Below, in pieces: positions 62,860-64,000 of a stretch of DNA of 64,000 bases. Under the pieces are notes generated by a model. It searched no databases, was not told the DNA's origin, and saw only the letters and a list, made by a program, of their open reading frames with translations. A program made the position numbers and the translations under genes. The stretch lies in NCBI GenBank assembly GCA_976551045.1, contig CDPCPM010000263.1, positions 4,092,001 through 4,156,000 on the forward strand, in the 5' to 3' direction. Within the stretch, counting starts at the first letter, position 1; every line of letters starts with the position of its first letter. Origin of the DNA: Glaucostegus cemiculus. Lineage: Eukaryota.

Positions 62860-64000
62860 CATAAACCTCACTCGATAATATAACATATGCATTCACATAA
62901 CATTATCGACAACATGCTGAGTACAACACTACCGGAGTTTCAGGAGATGAAGATTCTCATAGCAATTGTCCTTGTGATTTCACGTCGATTTCAATTGTTT
63001 GTTACAATTGAGACTTTAAATGTACTGCAAAAAAAACACACCTTTAAGAAATAAGAGCAGCATTTTAAAAAGCACGTTGAGTAAAAGTGTGAAACCTGTG
63101 TGAAATCAGCGAGAATGACAGCATTTGATAAAACTGCCCAGCTGTGTTCGTGGTGGGATGCGGGGCACTCATCTATTCTGAAATTCTTCAATATAATTTC
63201 CCTCTCTCTAAATACCCGTGCAGATGGAGAAATGGCCACGTGTTTTATTAGTTGCCGCCGACAGAGTCAGACTTAACGACTGGAAGAACAGTCTTAAACC
63301 ATTTGACTCAGTCCGCTTAGAATATTTTATTACGAATTTAAATTCGGCTTCAAACGGAGTCCTTTATACTCCCGTGTATGATTTTATAAATACTGTTCCC
63401 GACAACGAAAGTTTTAAATTAAGTAACCAGTTATTTCACAATAAAATAATCAATAGAAATTGAAAACATTTATATGTAATAGTCTAAGTTTCCAATATCA
63501 TTTAACATCTCTACTACAGCGGGGCTTTTCCCCTCTCTGTGCGAATTAATTCTGTTCCCGCTCCCTTATCTGGATTGGGCTCATCTTCATTCCCTGCAGT
63601 GTCTGGAAGACAGCGAGAAGCCCTTTAATGCGAGAGACCCTTCAATAAACTCATTCGATCAGTCGGTAATAATAAGGCTAAAGGGCCGTAAAACCGAAAT
63701 TCCAGCGTCTGTTTGCAAAACTAACCTACGAACTCCTCCCAAATTTAACAACTGTTTCATTATGACAATTATTTTTAAAAGTTTTTAAGCAATTATACTA
63801 AGACCCCCTCTTCATAAACTGATTGGTTTGGTGAGTTAGTCCCTTGATAAAACACCACCTGATGAACTAGGATAAACCGCCTCGTTATTTAGACCGACGA
63901 ATTGCATGTGAATTCGCATTTACAAACAGACTTTAATCAATTTCACAAACGTTTTATTTACTCAACATGGAGTTACTCTAGATGTGGTTTGGGGAAAAAA
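62860..64000. promoter_or_regulatory. Repeat-free, CpG-retaining region (possible hypomethylated promoter flank)
   Basis: Many CG dinucleotides in AT-rich unique sequence, unlike the CpG-depleted bulk of the window; judged by eye. Confidence 0.3.

Overview
Non-coding, repeat-dense vertebrate genomic DNA. The combination of HER1-like CR1 LINEs, V-domain (HE1-like) tRNA SINEs, Deu-domain SINEs, Rex1/Babar, Tx1, RTE and Penelope-like elements points to a cartilaginous fish (shark or ray); this is inferred from repeat content. I could not identify an intact host protein-coding exon; the ORFs I can assign are transposon fragments and the rest look like chance ORFs. Main points of interest: (1) Penelope-like element termini carry hammerhead-ribozyme motifs, one with an intact core at 55194-55231, alongside a decayed Penelope GIY-YIG ORF at 61.3-62.6 kb; (2) young tRNA/V-domain SINEs share one head but carry different LINE-derived tails (CR1-type vs Rex1/Babar-type); (3) a near-perfect 64-bp hairpin-bearing minisatellite (51665-52283) apparently born from an old transposon; (4) several nested or inverted insertions, a solo LTR, and candidate enhancer/CpG-rich regions. 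There is a 154-N assembly gap at 38739-38892. Boundaries of decayed repeats are approximate and were read by eye.
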